DNA of 64,000 bases from Macrostomum lignano (Eukaryota), in assembly GCA_002269645.1 (NCBI GenBank), contig NIVC01001399.1:191463-255462 (forward strand), read 5' to 3'. Under the pieces are notes generated by a model, which worked only from the letters and a program-made list of their open reading frames with translations, was not told the DNA's origin and ran no database searches. The number at the start of each line of letters is the position of its first letter. Position 1 is the first letter of the stretch. The position numbers were made by a program, and so were the translations under genes. Positions 1 to 13,417 of the stretch are shown one piece after another.

Positions 1-1502
1 AATCAAAGACAATGGAGTTTAATCCTTTTTACTGAAGCAACCCAGGCGTGCACATCTGTGCGTGACGTCATAGGCCTATCAGCCAAACAGTATTTTTTCG
101 GAGAAAATTTTAAAACATCAATTTAATTTTTTATATTTTTCCAAAAAAACGCAAAACTTATAAAAACTAAAAATATTCATTTGATTTTGTGTAGTTCTTG
201 TTTTTAAATACCGAATTTTTTGTTACACTTGTTTTACTTCGTGCAGTTAAAGTCCGTTAAAAAAACGTGTTTTAAGTTCTTAGCCAAGCGCGGTGCGCGG
301 CGCTGAAGAGGGAGAGATAGAGAGACTAGGCTAGCTGCGCTGACGCTGACGCTGACTAAGGTGTTGGAGAATGTAGAAAAAGGCTACAACTGTTGCCCTC
401 CACTGAACTGCGGAATATGGTTTTCTCATCATAGGCTAATATCGATCTCACCTAACGTGACAACGTCCTAGACTTAAGTACTAACTTTCATGTAATTTTT
501 TTTCAAAAGATTAGGCGTAGGCCTAGGGCCGCTGGCCATTATAAATATAGGGCCTAGTCAAATGACTCAAATATTACTAGGGGCTCAATGCCTAATGCCA
601 TGATATTATTTGGCCTAGGCCTAATAGTAATTACAATGTCATTATTTATTTGGCAGTTGTTATTGTTATGGTGACCAGGCATAGCATAGGCTAGGCCTAT
701 TAATAACAAAATGGTTGTTTTTATGGTTAATGCATAAGACACTATGTGGGCCTATGGTCTTTACTTAATAAAACCATATAAATAGCAAAACTGTTATTTT
801 TATGGTCACTGTAAGTAGGAAACAAAATGGCTATTGGAGTAGGCCTATTGCCTATTTTTATAGTCAAACTTCAGTCTGATTTTTCAGTCTAAAATTCAAA
901 TTTCAAAAATTTCACTTAAATTACAATGTAGGCCCCTATTCTATTAGTTAACAATTACCTAGGCCTAAAGTAAGCTACCATGACAAAAACTGCTAGAAGT
1001 TACTCTATTATATAAATTTTATTAATAAAACATTTCAGATTTCTTTATTTTTTAAATTTAACTATAGGCCTAATAATATTTGCCCAGCAAGTTTGTCATT
1101 TCATATAGATGGTATTTGTTTTAAGTGTTAACTGTAAAAATAACTATCTTGCTATTTATATGGTCATTAGGGGGGCTATAACAATAACAACTGCCTATTT
1201 ATTTAGCCATTTTTAACATTTTTGGCTTTTTGCAATTTTGCATTGTACACTAGGCCCTAAATGCTTTTTAGTACAAGGTGTTCAAAAAAGATCTAGGACT
1301 ATGCCTAGGCAGCAGGCCTACACTACACAGTACAGCTTCTGGGTGCACTAGGCCTTTTAAATTTGCAGTTTCTTGTAAGCTATAGTATCCATACTTAGGC
1401 CTATAAACATAGCCGTTGTGCCTATAAATAGGCTCCAATTTAAAAAAGGGTAGATAGAAGAATATTAATAAAAACACTAGAAATAGAAGGCTTTAAACAA
1501 GC

Positions 1503-1830
1503 AAAACTGATGAAAATGTTGAGAAAGTGACTATGTTGCTTTGAAGCAACCAATGGCTGACAATATGCTTGATTGCAAATGAGCTAGGCATAGACTATAA
1601 CAATGTTTATAAAATCTTGGCTGAAGATCTAGGGATATGCAAGATCAGTGCTAAGATTGTTCCAAAGTTGCTAAGCAAAGACTAAGTTATATTTTCAAGT
1701 ATAACCCAAAAAACATATATCAGAGTTTTGAATAAAGGTGGCCAAGATCACCAAGACTAATGAAGATATGCTAGTCAAGGTCAACAGTGAAACTTATGCT
1801 TATTGTCTTCTTTGATATCAGGGATATAGT
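1503..1830 (+). pseudogene. Old, degenerate mariner (Tc1/mariner) transposase fragment
   Basis: Translates to KTDENVEKVTMLL*SNQWLTICLIANELGIDYNNVYKILAEDLGICKISAKIVPKLLSKD* and, further on, SRSTVKLMLIVFFDIRDIV. These match the mariner HTH/linker (WVP-like IVPKLL) and K-x-MLIVFFD motifs. It contains stops and an internal deletion. Confidence 0.8.
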
Positions 1831-4132
1831 AGTAGTAGTAGTAGTAAATTTGGCTCAGGCTTAAGGAGCCTGTTATGCCAGTATGATCCGATTTATTTAT
1901 TCAAAAGGTTGAATTTTACACGGTCACTGAAAACGAGTACTATACGATATTTGTATTAAGTAAGGTATTTGAAAGGGCATCAATAATTTTTTACGGTTTT
2001 TTTAGCCGATTAACGACTAACGACGGAAGCAGCAAGAATCTAAGCAGGGAAAAATAGAAAATTGATGTTGTATATATGTGACCTTAATGCAAAACAATTC
2101 TTCTAAAATGCGATTCAGAAAAGGTAGTTAAATATTATTTTGTCAATATAACAAATATCTAGTATAATTGAGGATTGTTCTCAATAATAGGCGATTTTTG
2201 TAAAAAGATATAGTATTTTTGAAAGTATTTGAGAAAGATATTGTCTACATCATACTCAAGAAGATATACATTATGGCAGGAAATTCTAGTGCATATCAAC
2301 AAAAATGTGCACAAAGTGGCAGATATGTTGCATAACAAAAAAACTAAAAAAACAGTGGCACAAAACAGTATTAGTGTTCTAGTAAACAGTGGCGCATAGT
2401 AAAAGCTGATCAAAAAGATTTAGCTCATAACACGTCACCTTCAATTTATAGTCCATCTATGCCCTGTACAAAATATGATTTTAGGTACATTTTCAAGGCA
2501 TAATTGAATAATATATGTCAATCAGATCATTGATTCTTGGTAAATTAAACAAATGATCATAAATGATCATAATGTAAATTAAAAAAAAGAAATTACCATA
2601 AAGTTTAAGCCAACATTTCTTTTATTATTTTCAATGTGAGCTAAAATACATCATAGAGTTTTAAATTTGAAAAGGCCTAAAAAGCAAAAAAATCCAAAAA
2701 ATTTAACTACTAGCTGGCAGTCAAAAAGTCAGGTTTCTTGTTGGTTTGTTTGTTTTATAAGTATAAGTGCATCAGCCCCTAGCCAGGGCTCTTATGCTAA
2801 TATTTATATTTTATCGTTTGAAATGTTACAGGGGGTTTGCTTCCCTCTTTAGTTATCCCACTGCTGGTACCAAAGTTGTTACAGTGGTGATTCTTATACA
2901 CTGAGAATCCCACCGCTGAGACACTAAGTTGTTACAAGCCTTTTGGCTCTCTATAAGAATCCACCAAAAGCTGTCCCAGGGCTCTTATTTATTCCTTTGT
3001 CTAGCCTTACTTGCTGCCACCAAGCTGTTGCAGGGGTTATCCCTTCTTGTTAGTATTGCTGGTTCTTACTTACCCTTTACTTGTAGCGCATGTGCTTCTA
3101 TTGGTAGCGTCTGTACTTCTATTGTACTTTCTGGCCTGAGCGGTCTAATAGCACTGTCTATTCTATTCCTATGCTTCCCCTAATATTATTCTCTCAGTCC
3201 TGGGCGTTCCCTGGATCAGAGGGTCACAGCTTATGCTCCTTTTCTGCCCTGAGGCAATCTTCTCTCGCTATGAAGCGGTTCTTCTGCCCTGAGGCGAATT
3301 TACTATTACTGCCCTGAGGCGGTTTCTCGCTTGTAGCTGATCTTAATACTACTCCCGATTTGGGGTTTATACTCTAAGAAATGAACAAGTCAATTTTCAA
3401 GTGATTGCTTCTAAGATTTAGCTCGCTCAATATTAATCGACGAGTCGAGGCAAGTTGCTCTCTTGGCCCGCTCGGAGCTTCTATTTATACCATTTTGCCC
3501 ATGTATTTAAAACAAAATTGGTTTCATACAATATTAATTGCATTCACAACATTAAAACAAAAATATTAGCATTTTTGCGAGAATTCAAATAATGGTCTTT
3601 CTAAGAAATAAATGTAACATGAATAGGTTTTTAAAGCATTCATACTGTATTACAAGAAGCCCTTTCTCAGAAATTAGTTGAAGAGGTTTCTTCTCTGCAA
3701 GCACTGCTTTTTATTTATAAAGAAGCTCCTAATCTCAATGTCTTGCTCCCTAACATTTTCCAAGCTTGAACTACTATTAGTAGGGTAAAAGCATATCTGC
3801 CTTATTATAAGTACAATAAATAAACAATTTGTAATTGGTAAATAAATATATCAAAAAAAGATTTTTATATTAAAAACTCATACATTGTTTTAGAATTTAA
3901 GGGAATAATGTTGTTTATTTAAAAGATTGACTTGAAATGGCAGAAAGAATGTTTAATCAAATCCAGCTATTGTAGATTAATAAAAACCCTACTGAGGTAA
4001 GAGTGAGGTTACTTTCAATCAGTTGATTGACATTGCAGATTGCACAAGATTTTAGATTTGAACTGCATTGATTTAATTCTAGTCAATTAATTCTATTTCA
4101 GCAAAAACTGCAAAAGCATCAAGACATACAGC

Positions 4133-6271
4133 ATGATTGAATATTGCAGCAAAAAAATTATGATGACTACCATTGGTGGTTTAATTTTGTAAGCTTTTCT
4201 ATTGCCAGATTAAAATATTTTGTTCTTTAATTGTAGAAATAATACAATACATTCATTCTCTCACTTTTCCTAGCATATGCATCTTGGCTTTGTATCTGGA
4301 GGATGCACTAATTGAGCATCCAGAAGCTGTCAAGGCGGATGCTGTTCCATTGGCACCAGATTCCGCTGGCACTGCGTCTACAGCTTCTTCGCCTGCTAAG
4401 CCAGGCTCCCAGCTGATTCTGCCTAATCCTCAGCAGGTTTGTCCGCTCTGCGCACCTTTGTTTTTCGCACCTGAATGCCCCTTGACTAGCTCTCTGCTTC
4501 ATCTGCCCTCTGCCTCCCCTCTGCCTGTCTTCCCCTCTGCCTCCCCTCTGCCTGTCTTCCCCTCTGGCCTCTGCCTCCCCTCTGCCTGTCTTCCCATCTG
4601 CCCTCTGCCTCCCCTCTGCCTGTCTTCCCCTCTGCCTCCCCTCTGCCTGTCTTCCCCTCTGCCCTCTGCCTCCCCTCTGGCCTCTGCCTCCCCTCTGCCT
4701 GTCTTCCCCTCTGCCCTCTGCCTCCCCTCTGCCTCCCCTCTGCCTCCCCTCTGCCCTCTGCCTCCCCTCTGCCTCCCCTCTGCCCTCTGCCTCCCCTCTG
4801 CCTCCCCTCTGCCCTCTGCCTCCCCTCTGCCTCCCCTCTGCCCTCTGCCTCCCCTCTGCCTCCCCTCTGCCCTCTGCCTCCCCTCTGCCTCCCCTCTGCC
4901 CTCTGCCTGCCCTCTGCCTCCCCTCTGCCTCCCCTCTGCCCTCTGCCTCCCCTCTGCCTCCCCTCTGCCCTCTGCCTGCCCTCTGCCTCCCCTCTGCCTC
5001 CCCTCTGCCCTCTGCCTCCCCTCTGCCTCCCCTCTGCCCTCTGCCTCCCCTCTGCCTCCCCTCTGCCCTCTGCCTCCCCTCTGCCTCCCCTCTGCCCTCT
5101 GCCTCCCCTCTGCCTCCCCTCTGCCCTCTGCCTGCCCTCTGCCTCCCCTCTGCCTCCCCTCTGCCTGTCTTCCCCTCTGGCCTCTGCCTCCCCTCTGCCT
5201 GTCTTCCCCTCTGCCCTCTGCCTCCCCTCTGCCTCCCCTCTGCCCTCTGCCTCCCCTCTGCCCTCTGCCTCCCCTCTGCCTCCCCTCTGCCTGTCTTCCC
5301 CTCTGCCCTCTGCCTCCCCTCTGCCTGTCTTCCCCTCTGCCCTCTGCCTCCCCTCTGCCTGTCTTCCCCTCTGCCCTCTGCCTCCCCTCTGCCTGTCTTT
5401 CCCTCTGCCCTCTGCCTCCCCTCTGCCTGTCTTCCCCTCTGCCCTCTGCCTCCCCTCTGCCCTCTGCCTCCCCTCTGCCCTCTGCCTGCCCTCTGCCTCC
5501 CCTCTGCCTGTCTTCCCCTCTGCCTGCCCTCTGCCTCCCCTTCCCTCTGCTCTCTGCCTGCCCCCTCTGCCTTCCCTTCTGCCCTCTGCCTGCCCTCTGC
5601 CTTCCCCTCTGCCCTCTGCCTGCCCCCTATGCCTTCCCCTCTGCCCTCTGCCTGCCCCCTATGCCTTCCCCTCTGCCCTCTAACTGCCCTCTTCCTGCCC
5701 CTCTGCCTTGCCCTCTACCTGCCCTCCCCCTGCTTCCCCTCTCCCCTCTCTACCTCTTCCCCCTCTCCTTCTCCCTCTCCCTCTGTCTCTAGCCCTCCCT
5801 TTACCTCTCCTGACTCTCCCTCTGCCCCCATCCTTAACAGCATTCCCTCTCCTATCTGCCTTCCATATCCTACTGGCCTTACACTTGCCTACCGCTCCCC
5901 CCCTGCACCCCCAGGTGCTTCTACCTGGCAATCGCAGCTGCCTAGCCGTGGGGCCGTGTATTCGTTGCAGCCAATTCGAATCCAGCCTATCAAACGCCAA
6001 ATTATCATCCTATTGCGTATCTGGCTACAAGCGCCGTGTCGCGTGCCCCGGCGACAGCGAACAGAAATCTACGCCATCTAGATTCGCCGCCTGTCCATCC
6101 AATTTGATACCGACAAAGTCGCAGGCACTGGAGCGCGGCAAATTCTTTCTATTTCACGCACTGTGCTTTCTAGCGTTGCTTTTATCTGGCGCACTTGTGC
6201 AGAGAAGGCAGCGACAGTTAAATCGTAGCTTTGCTGATCGGATTAACAAACAGGTGGCTTCTGGTGTTTGA
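4133..6271 (+). CDS. JTB: JTB (jumping translocation breakpoint)-like single-pass membrane protein, about 191 aa; exons 4133-4188, 4274-4436, 5915-6271
   Basis: GT-AG introns join in phase. The N-terminus MIEYCSKKIM is followed by a hydrophobic segment. A six-Cys ectodomain (CLAVGPCIRCSQF...C...C...C) precedes a TM helix and the tail RQRQLNRSFADRINKQV, which resembles the JTB C-terminus RQRQLDRKALEKVRKQI. Confidence 0.85.
4503..5800. repeat. CT-rich minisatellite (CCTCTG / CCTCTGCCTCCC units) in JTB intron 2
   Basis: About 1.3 kb of directly visible pyrimidine-rich tandem repeat; it produces the spurious 502 aa PLC-rich ORF. Confidence 0.97.
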
Positions 6272-6474
6272 ATTTGAAATGCTGTAATTATTGATTTTTT
6301 CTTTAACCGACCGATCGCCTTTCTACTAGTCTTGACAGAACCTGAAAATAGTTATTTTTTCTGTTTATTATCTACCAGTAATGTAGCTTTGGATTTCTTC
6401 AAAATTAGTGTTGAAAATCCTATTACTAATTTGGCCTTCAGCTGACTTGAATTAAGGTCCATAGCAGTCTTGAG

Positions 6475-7060
6475 AATTAGTCCTAAACTGACCTAAAATA
6501 TCGCATCTTGCAGCTTTAGGACACTGGTCCTAAACTGACCCAAATTATCACCCCTGGTAGTCTTAAAACTGGTCCTAAACTAACCTAAGATATCGCATCT
6601 GGCAGTTTTAGGAAACTGGTCCTAAACTGACCCAAATTATCGCCCCTGGTAGGCTTGAAACTGGTCCTAAACTGACCTAAGATATGGCCCCTGGCACTCT
6701 TAGGGAACTGGTTCTAAGCTCTGGTCCTAAGCTAACTAAAAATATGACCCTGACACTATTATGGAACTGGTCCTAAACTTACCTAAAATATCGCATCTGG
6801 CAGTTTTAGGAAACTGGTCCTAAACTTACCTAAAATATCACATCTGGCAGTTTTAGGAAACTGGTCCTAAACTTACCTAAAATATCGCCCTGGTAGTCTT
6901 GAAACTGGTCCTAAACTGACCTAAAATATGATCCCTGGCACTCTTAGGGAGCTGGTCCTAAACTAACTGAAAATATGGCCCTGACACTAGTATGGAACTG
7001 GTCCTAAACTGACCTAAAATATGGCTGCTGGCAGTCTTGGAACTGATCCTAAACTTACCT
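6475..7060. repeat. 45-47 bp intergenic minisatellite (CTGGTCCTAAACTGACCTAAAATATC...)
   Basis: About a dozen diverged tandem copies anchored on CTGGTCCTAAAC. Confidence 0.92.
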
Positions 7061-8411
7061 AAATTATCGCTCTTGGTACGTCCTGCAAAGTTGTTTTGTA
7101 TACTGACATAAACTAATAAAAGCGTGTTCCATAATGATATAAATATTCTCAATAAATGTACTCGTACGTACTGGTCACTGAATACAGTTTTAAATGTTTT
7201 TAGTAATTTACGAGTATTGACACCACTTCATGATATTAAATGCCTAATATTGCGTCAACACAAACTCTCCTGATTATGATTATTTAGATAGATACAATGT
7301 TATTAAGCTGTTACGTCTTAGTTTATTGTTTCATAAACTTCTGTGACTCCTGTATTGCATTTTTAACAACGAGATTTGCGTGAATGCGTTTGATTGAAAT
7401 TTCATTCCATTTTCTCTTTTTGTGCATGCTGTAAATGAATGTTTGTTTATTCAGTTATTGCTATTAGTAAAAAGTAGTGTATTTTCAGAGAAATATTTAT
7501 AACAGCAGTCAGTCTCTGATTTTATCAGCATTATTTATTTCGACTAATTAATTGCTTACTAAGAATATTCTTTATTGGTTAATTAATATAGTTATATTAA
7601 AGTGGTGAACTTGTACTATAGGACACAAAATACATTATTTACTTGAAGAAGGTTGTTTTGATTAATATTTATTCACTAATATAAAAAACTATCGATTAAC
7701 TAAGCTTGAACAATATAGTCTGGCGTTTGTTAATTTCGGTTTGAATAGTTTTTAATTTTGGAAGTGATTTTCAAAAAAACGAAGAAATTTTTGGAAATAA
7801 GGCGCATCGTTCATTACGTGTACTCCTACGAGTATCTGTGCTCTAACTTGGCTGGATCATCTTCCTTAAGTCTAATGATGAAGTCTATAGCGGTGGTTAT
7901 TTTTTGGCTTGTACAAATTAATGTAGTTTGTGTATGGATTAATTTGTACGCTGAGTTAGATCGTTCGCGCTATTCTGCAGATAGGGCGGGTTATGTGCAT
8001 GTCGGGAAGGAAGGGACGGGAGTTAGTATGTACATTAGCCTGAAAAAAAATAAAGGCTACAGGGTGAGGGGGGTGGGTAAGATAAGAGAGGCGAAGGCTG
8101 GGTTGGCATGGGTGGAAGGACGGGGTTTTACAACCACCTACCTCTCCTCCCCAGTTCTCTCCCTTCTATTCAGTTTACAATCTGCCGCCCGCTCGCCCGC
8201 CCCACCCTTTCCTTTCCTTTTTTACAACTCACTCGCCCACCCACTGTTCCGACGGTGTGTGTTTAGCGTGCCATTTTTGTTTTGGCCCAAACAACCCTTT
8301 AAGAGACGACAGAAAGCGTGAATTAAGTGGAACCAAAGTTTGATTAAACACGTCACTGCTAAATACTCCAATACAATAGTCTTCTGCAGTGTGGTCTAGC
8401 CAGAGAGATCC

Positions 8412-11400
8412 ATGTCAGCCAGTAGTCAGGACTTCTGGCGCACCGGAACTGGGGTAGGCACTGGCCTGCCGCGCAAGGTGGCCAAAGGACGAGCTCAAGG
8501 AACTCTGCTCTCGTCAACTAAGTCGATGGACAATCTAAATCAAACCGCCGCGTCGGAACAGTCCTCGGTGCCGCGAATCGATCTGACCAATTTTGACAGC
8601 CCTGAATTCGATTGTCTCGACTATGTCCTTACTAGTCCGCGCAGCCTAGAGGCCTGCCATCGCCTAGGCCTACAACCGGTTCGTCTGTTGTACAAACGAC
8701 TGCAGGATTTCGAGCTCGAGAATCCGGGATTACCCGTGGCGCAGCTGTTTGAACTCTACGATAAACACGAAGCCGAGAGGAAGGCCAGTCTGAGCTTAGC
8801 TAGACAGGAGCGCGAGAAACTGATGGCTGCCGAGGAGTTTGTTGAGAATGATTCAGCAATTCGGTTAGTCATCCAGACTAAGCTAAAGATAAAGTACATT
8901 CGCTGTCTAGATTTTTAGGGCTTATGGTTTTGGTTTTATTATTACATTTCTTAAAGCTAACTGATTGTTTTAACAACTGTAAGATCTCTAGGGTCTGTAA
9001 GATATGGCTTCTAGGATCTCTAGGGTCTGTAGAATATGGCTTCCAGTATCTCTAGGGTCTGTAGAATATGGCTTCCAGGATCTCTAGGGTCTGTAGAATA
9101 TGGCTTCTAGGATCTCTAGGGTCTTTAGAATATGGCTTCTAGGATCTCTAGGGTCTGTAAGATATGGCTTCTAGGATCTCTAGGGTCTGTAAGATATGGC
9201 TTCCAGGATCTCTAGGGTCTGTAAGATATGGCTTCTAGGATCTCTAGGGTCTGTAGAATATGGCTTCTAGGATCTCTAGGGTCTGTAGAATATGGCTTCT
9301 AGGATCTCTAGGGTCTGTAAGATATGGCTTCTAGGATCTCTAGGGTCTGTAGAATATGGCTTCTAGGATCTCTAGGGTCTGTAGAATATGGCTTCTAGGA
9401 TCTCTAGGGTCTGTAGAATATGGCTTCCAGGATCTCTAGGGTCTGTAGAATATGGCTTCCAGGATCTCTAGGGTCTGTAGAATATGGCTTCCAGGATCTC
9501 TAGGGTCTGTAGAATATGGCTTCCAGGATCTCTAGGGTCTGTAGAATATGGCTTCCAGTATCTCTAGGGTCTGTAGAATATGGCTTCTAGGATCTCTAGA
9601 CTCTAGGGTCTGTAGAATATGGCTTCCAGGATCTCTAGGGTCTGTAGAATATGGCTTCCAGGATCTCTAGGGTCTGTAGAATATGGCTTCCAGTATCTCT
9701 AGGGTCTGTAGAATATGGCTTCTAGGATCTCTAGGGTCTGTAGAATATGGCTTCTAGGATCTCTAGGGTCTGTAAGATATGGCTTCTAGGATCTCTAGGG
9801 TCTGTAGAATATGGCTTCTAGGATCTCTAGGGTCTGTAAGATATGGCTTCTAGGATCTCTAGGGTCTGTAGAATATGGCTTCCAGGATCTCTAGGGTCTG
9901 TAAGATATGGCTTCCAGGATTTCTAGGGTCTGTAGAATATGGCTTCCAGTATCTCTAGGGTCTGTAGAATATGGCTTCTAGGATCTCTAGGGTCTGTAGA
10001 ATATGGTTTCCAGTATCTCTAGGGTCTGTAGAATATGGCTTCTAGGATCTCTAGGGTCTGTAAAATATGGCTTCCAGGATCTCTAGGGTCTGTAAGATAT
10101 GGCTTCCCGGATTTCTAGGGTCTGTAGAATGTGGCTTCCAGGATCTCTAGGGTCTGTAGAATATGGCTTCCAGTATCTCTAGGGTCTGTAGAATATGGCT
10201 TCCAGTATCTCTAGGGTCTGTAGAATATGGCTTCCAGGATCTCTAGGGTCTGTAGAATATGGCTTCCAGGATCTCTAGGGTCTGTAGAATATGGTTTCCA
10301 GGATCTCTAGGGTCTGTAGATGGTTTCCAGGATCTCTAGGGTCTGTAGATGGCTTCCAGGATCTCTAGGGTCTGTAGACTATGGCTTCCAGGATCTCTAG
10401 GGTCTGTAGATGGCTTCCAGGATCTCTAGGGTCTGTAGAATATGGCTTCCAGGATCTCTAGGGTCTGTAGATTATGGTTTCCAGGATCTCTAGGGTCTGT
10501 AGATGGTTTCCAGGATCTCTAGGGTCTGTAGATTATTGCTTCCAGGATCTCTAGGGTCTGTAGATGGCTTCCAGGATCTCTAGCTAGGGTCTGTAGATGG
10601 TTTCCAGGATCTCTAGGGTCTGTAGACTATGGCTTCCAGGATCTCTAGGGTCTGTAGATGGCTTCCAGGATCTCTAGGGTCTGTAGATGGCTTCCAGGAT
10701 CTTTAGGGTCTGTAGATGGTTTCCAGGATCTCTTGGGTCTGTAGACTATGGCTTCCAGGATCTTTAGGGTCTGTAGATGGTTTCCAGGATCTCTAGGGTC
10801 TGTAGACTATGGCTTCCAGGATCTTTAGGGTCTGTAGATGGTTTCCAGGATCTCTAGGGTCTGTAGACTATGGCTTCCAGGATCTCTAGGGTCTGTAGAC
10901 TATGGCTTCCAGGATCTCTAGGGTCTGTAGATGGCTTCCAGGATCTTTAGGGTCTGTAGATGGTTTCCAGGATCTCTTGGGTCTGTAGACTATGGCTTCC
11001 AGGATCTTTAGGGTCTGTAGATGGTTTCCAGGATCTCTAGGGTCTGTAGACTATGGCTTCCAGGATCTTTAGGGTCTGTAGATGGCTTCCAGGATCTCTA
11101 GGGTCTGTAGATGGTTTCCAGGATCTCTAGGGTCTGTAGACTATGGCTTCCAGGATCTTTAGGGTCTGTATATGGCTTCCAGGATCTCTAGGGTCTGTAG
11201 ATGGTTTCCAGGATCTCTAGGGTCTGTAGATGGTTTCCAGGATCTCTTGGGTCTGTAGACTATGGCTTCCAGGATCTTTAGGGTCTGTAGATGGTTTCCA
11301 GGATCTCTTGGGTCTGTAGACTATGGCTTCCAGGATCTTTAGGGTCTGTATACTATGGCTTCCAGGATCTTTAGGGTCTGTAGATAGCTTCCAGCGTCTG

Positions 11401-13417
11401 CACTGCAAGTGGCTTCCAATCCCTCTGAAAAGTTGCAAGATCTCTGCAAAAGAGCCCTTAACTTTCATAGGAATCGAAGATAACTATTTATGCAAACGCA
11501 TAAAACGAGGTCCATAGACCTCTGCCTCTACTGTGTAGTTTTTAATCGCAAAATTCCACACTTGATTTTGTTTGTTTCAGCAGTAAGCAGCAGCAGACAG
11601 CTCCGTTACTTAGCAACGGCGGGACCGACTCTGGCAATTGGGAGTCACAGATTCGCCGGGAACTGGCGGATCACGAGGTTCAAGCTGAACGACTGAAGCA
11701 GCGGTTGGAAACTAGGCGGTTGAGGCGGCTGGTGAGTGTGGAATGGGTTGGTTATGGGCGCCAAATTAGGTGTCTGAATGGCGCCACATAAGGTGTCTGA
11801 ATGGCGCCAAATTAGATTTCTTGATGGCGCTAAATTAGGTGTATGAATGGCGCAAAGTTAGGTGTCTAACTAGCGCCAAATTAGGTGTCTGAATAGCGCC
11901 AAATTATGTCTAAATGGCGCCAAATTAGGTGTCTGAATAGCGCCAAATTATGTGTCTGAATGGCGCCAAATTAGGTGTCTTAACGGCGGTAAATTACGTG
12001 TCTAACTGGCGCTAAATTAGGTGTCTAAATGGCGCCAAATTAGGTGTATGAATATCACCAAATTAGGTGTTACACAAGTACCTCACACCGCCGCACCCGC
12101 CTCAGGAGGAGTCAAAAGCGCGCCGCGACCGTGAGCGCCAGCTGACTGAGCAGAAGCAGCAACAGCAGCAGCAGCAGATCACTGGCAGCAGCAGCAGGCC
12201 CCGCCAGCGCTCCCAATCCACCGACGCTCTGAGCTCGTCAAGTCTGGGCGCCGTGGAACCATGGGAGACGCGTCAGCGTCAGGCTGAGATGCGCCGGCGC
12301 CAGGAACAGCGCCGAGCGAGTGGCGCCAGCGGTGCGGCGCTACAGGACAGCGCCGATGAGTTGGCGCGCGCCAGCCGCGCCAAATCCAGCCAAGAAGCCG
12401 AGGAGCGACAGCGCCGTCATCGGCAGCTAAAACGACGCGAACTGGCGCACCGAGATCGATCAGCTGAGATGCGCCGCATGGCTAAGCGCGAATCTGAATC
12501 TGCGCGCCAGGCTAGGGAGCTACGCGCGCAGTCGGCCACTAGGAATCACGAACTGGCCATGGAGAAGAAGCAGCTGAGCCTGAAGGAGCAGCAGCTGATG
12601 CAATTGGAGAGGTAGTTTTCAGGGACAAAACTAGTAGGCATTTTCACTGGATTATTAGGTTATGATTTAGATTATTGGGTGATAAAAGCAGAATGGGATT
12701 TAGATTTTTGCGGGATAATAGCTGATTAGGATTTGGATTATTGGGTGACAATAGTAGAATGGGATTTGGATTTAGATAACAAATCGAGATTTATTTTTTG
12801 GGCATAAAGCGAATAAGAAGAGATAAACTTTTACTAGGCACTACTGTTAGTAGAAATATAGGGAAAATGCATTGTAATAATGGAAACACTGCAAATTTAT
12901 TGTATATTCTACTTACAGTAACACTATTCGACTCATCTCCTTAAATTAAACAAAAAGTCAACCATCACTTCGTCTTCCCCTCAGATTTCGCTCGTCAATC
13001 GAGCGCCGGAAGCGCTTAGAAAGGGAGATCGACGAATACAAGGAGGAGCTGCGGCGCTATCGCGAACTGGCTGAACGGCGCGCCGAAGAGGTGGTGAATC
13101 GGCGCTCCCAGCAGATGGCGCGCCGAGCCGCAGCTAAAGAATCTCAGCGCCAAGCTGTGGCGCGCCGGAATCAGCGCGAACAGGAGCGCGCCGAGGAGGC
13201 CTGGCGCAGTCAGACAGAATCAAAATTGCTGGCTAAACAACAGGAAGCGGCCAAGCTTGTTGAAGCGCGCAATAGGGAGCGCCAAAATGTGCGCGCCACC
13301 GCGGAGACGGCGGCGCGACTGCGCGCCAGTGCTAAGCGCGGCTCGGATACGTTTGACAAGAAAGTGGCACAAGTTAATCTGGTTAATAGTCTGGGCTTGG
13401 GTCACGAGTTTAAGTAA
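8412..13417 (+). CDS. CCDC177: CCDC177/CCDC185-like coiled-coil protein, about 513 aa; exons 8412-8863, 11581-11731, 12106-12611, 12985-13417
   Basis: Four exons join in phase through GT-AG introns (1542 nt). The N-terminal motif NFDSPEFDCLDYVLTSPRSLEACHRLGLQPVRLL resembles CCDC177 (YVLTSPRSLEAC). The remainder is an R/E/Q-rich coiled coil. Confidence 0.8.
8977..11390. repeat. 29/32 bp minisatellite (GGATCTCTAGGGTCTGTAGAATATGGCTTCCA) in CCDC177-like intron 1
   Basis: About 2.4 kb tandem array. The left part has 32 bp units; the right part mixes 29 and 32 bp variants. Confidence 0.97.
11755..12070. repeat. About 23 bp minisatellite (GGCGCCAAATTAGGTGTCTGAAT) in CCDC177-like intron 2
   Basis: Directly visible tandem copies filling nearly the whole intron. 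Confidence 0.93.

Noticed and set aside
4284-5792. 502 aa Pro/Leu/Cys-rich ORF
   Set aside because: It is read-through from JTB exon 2 into a CT-rich intronic minisatellite; a GT donor at 4437 and an in-phase downstream exon explain the locus.
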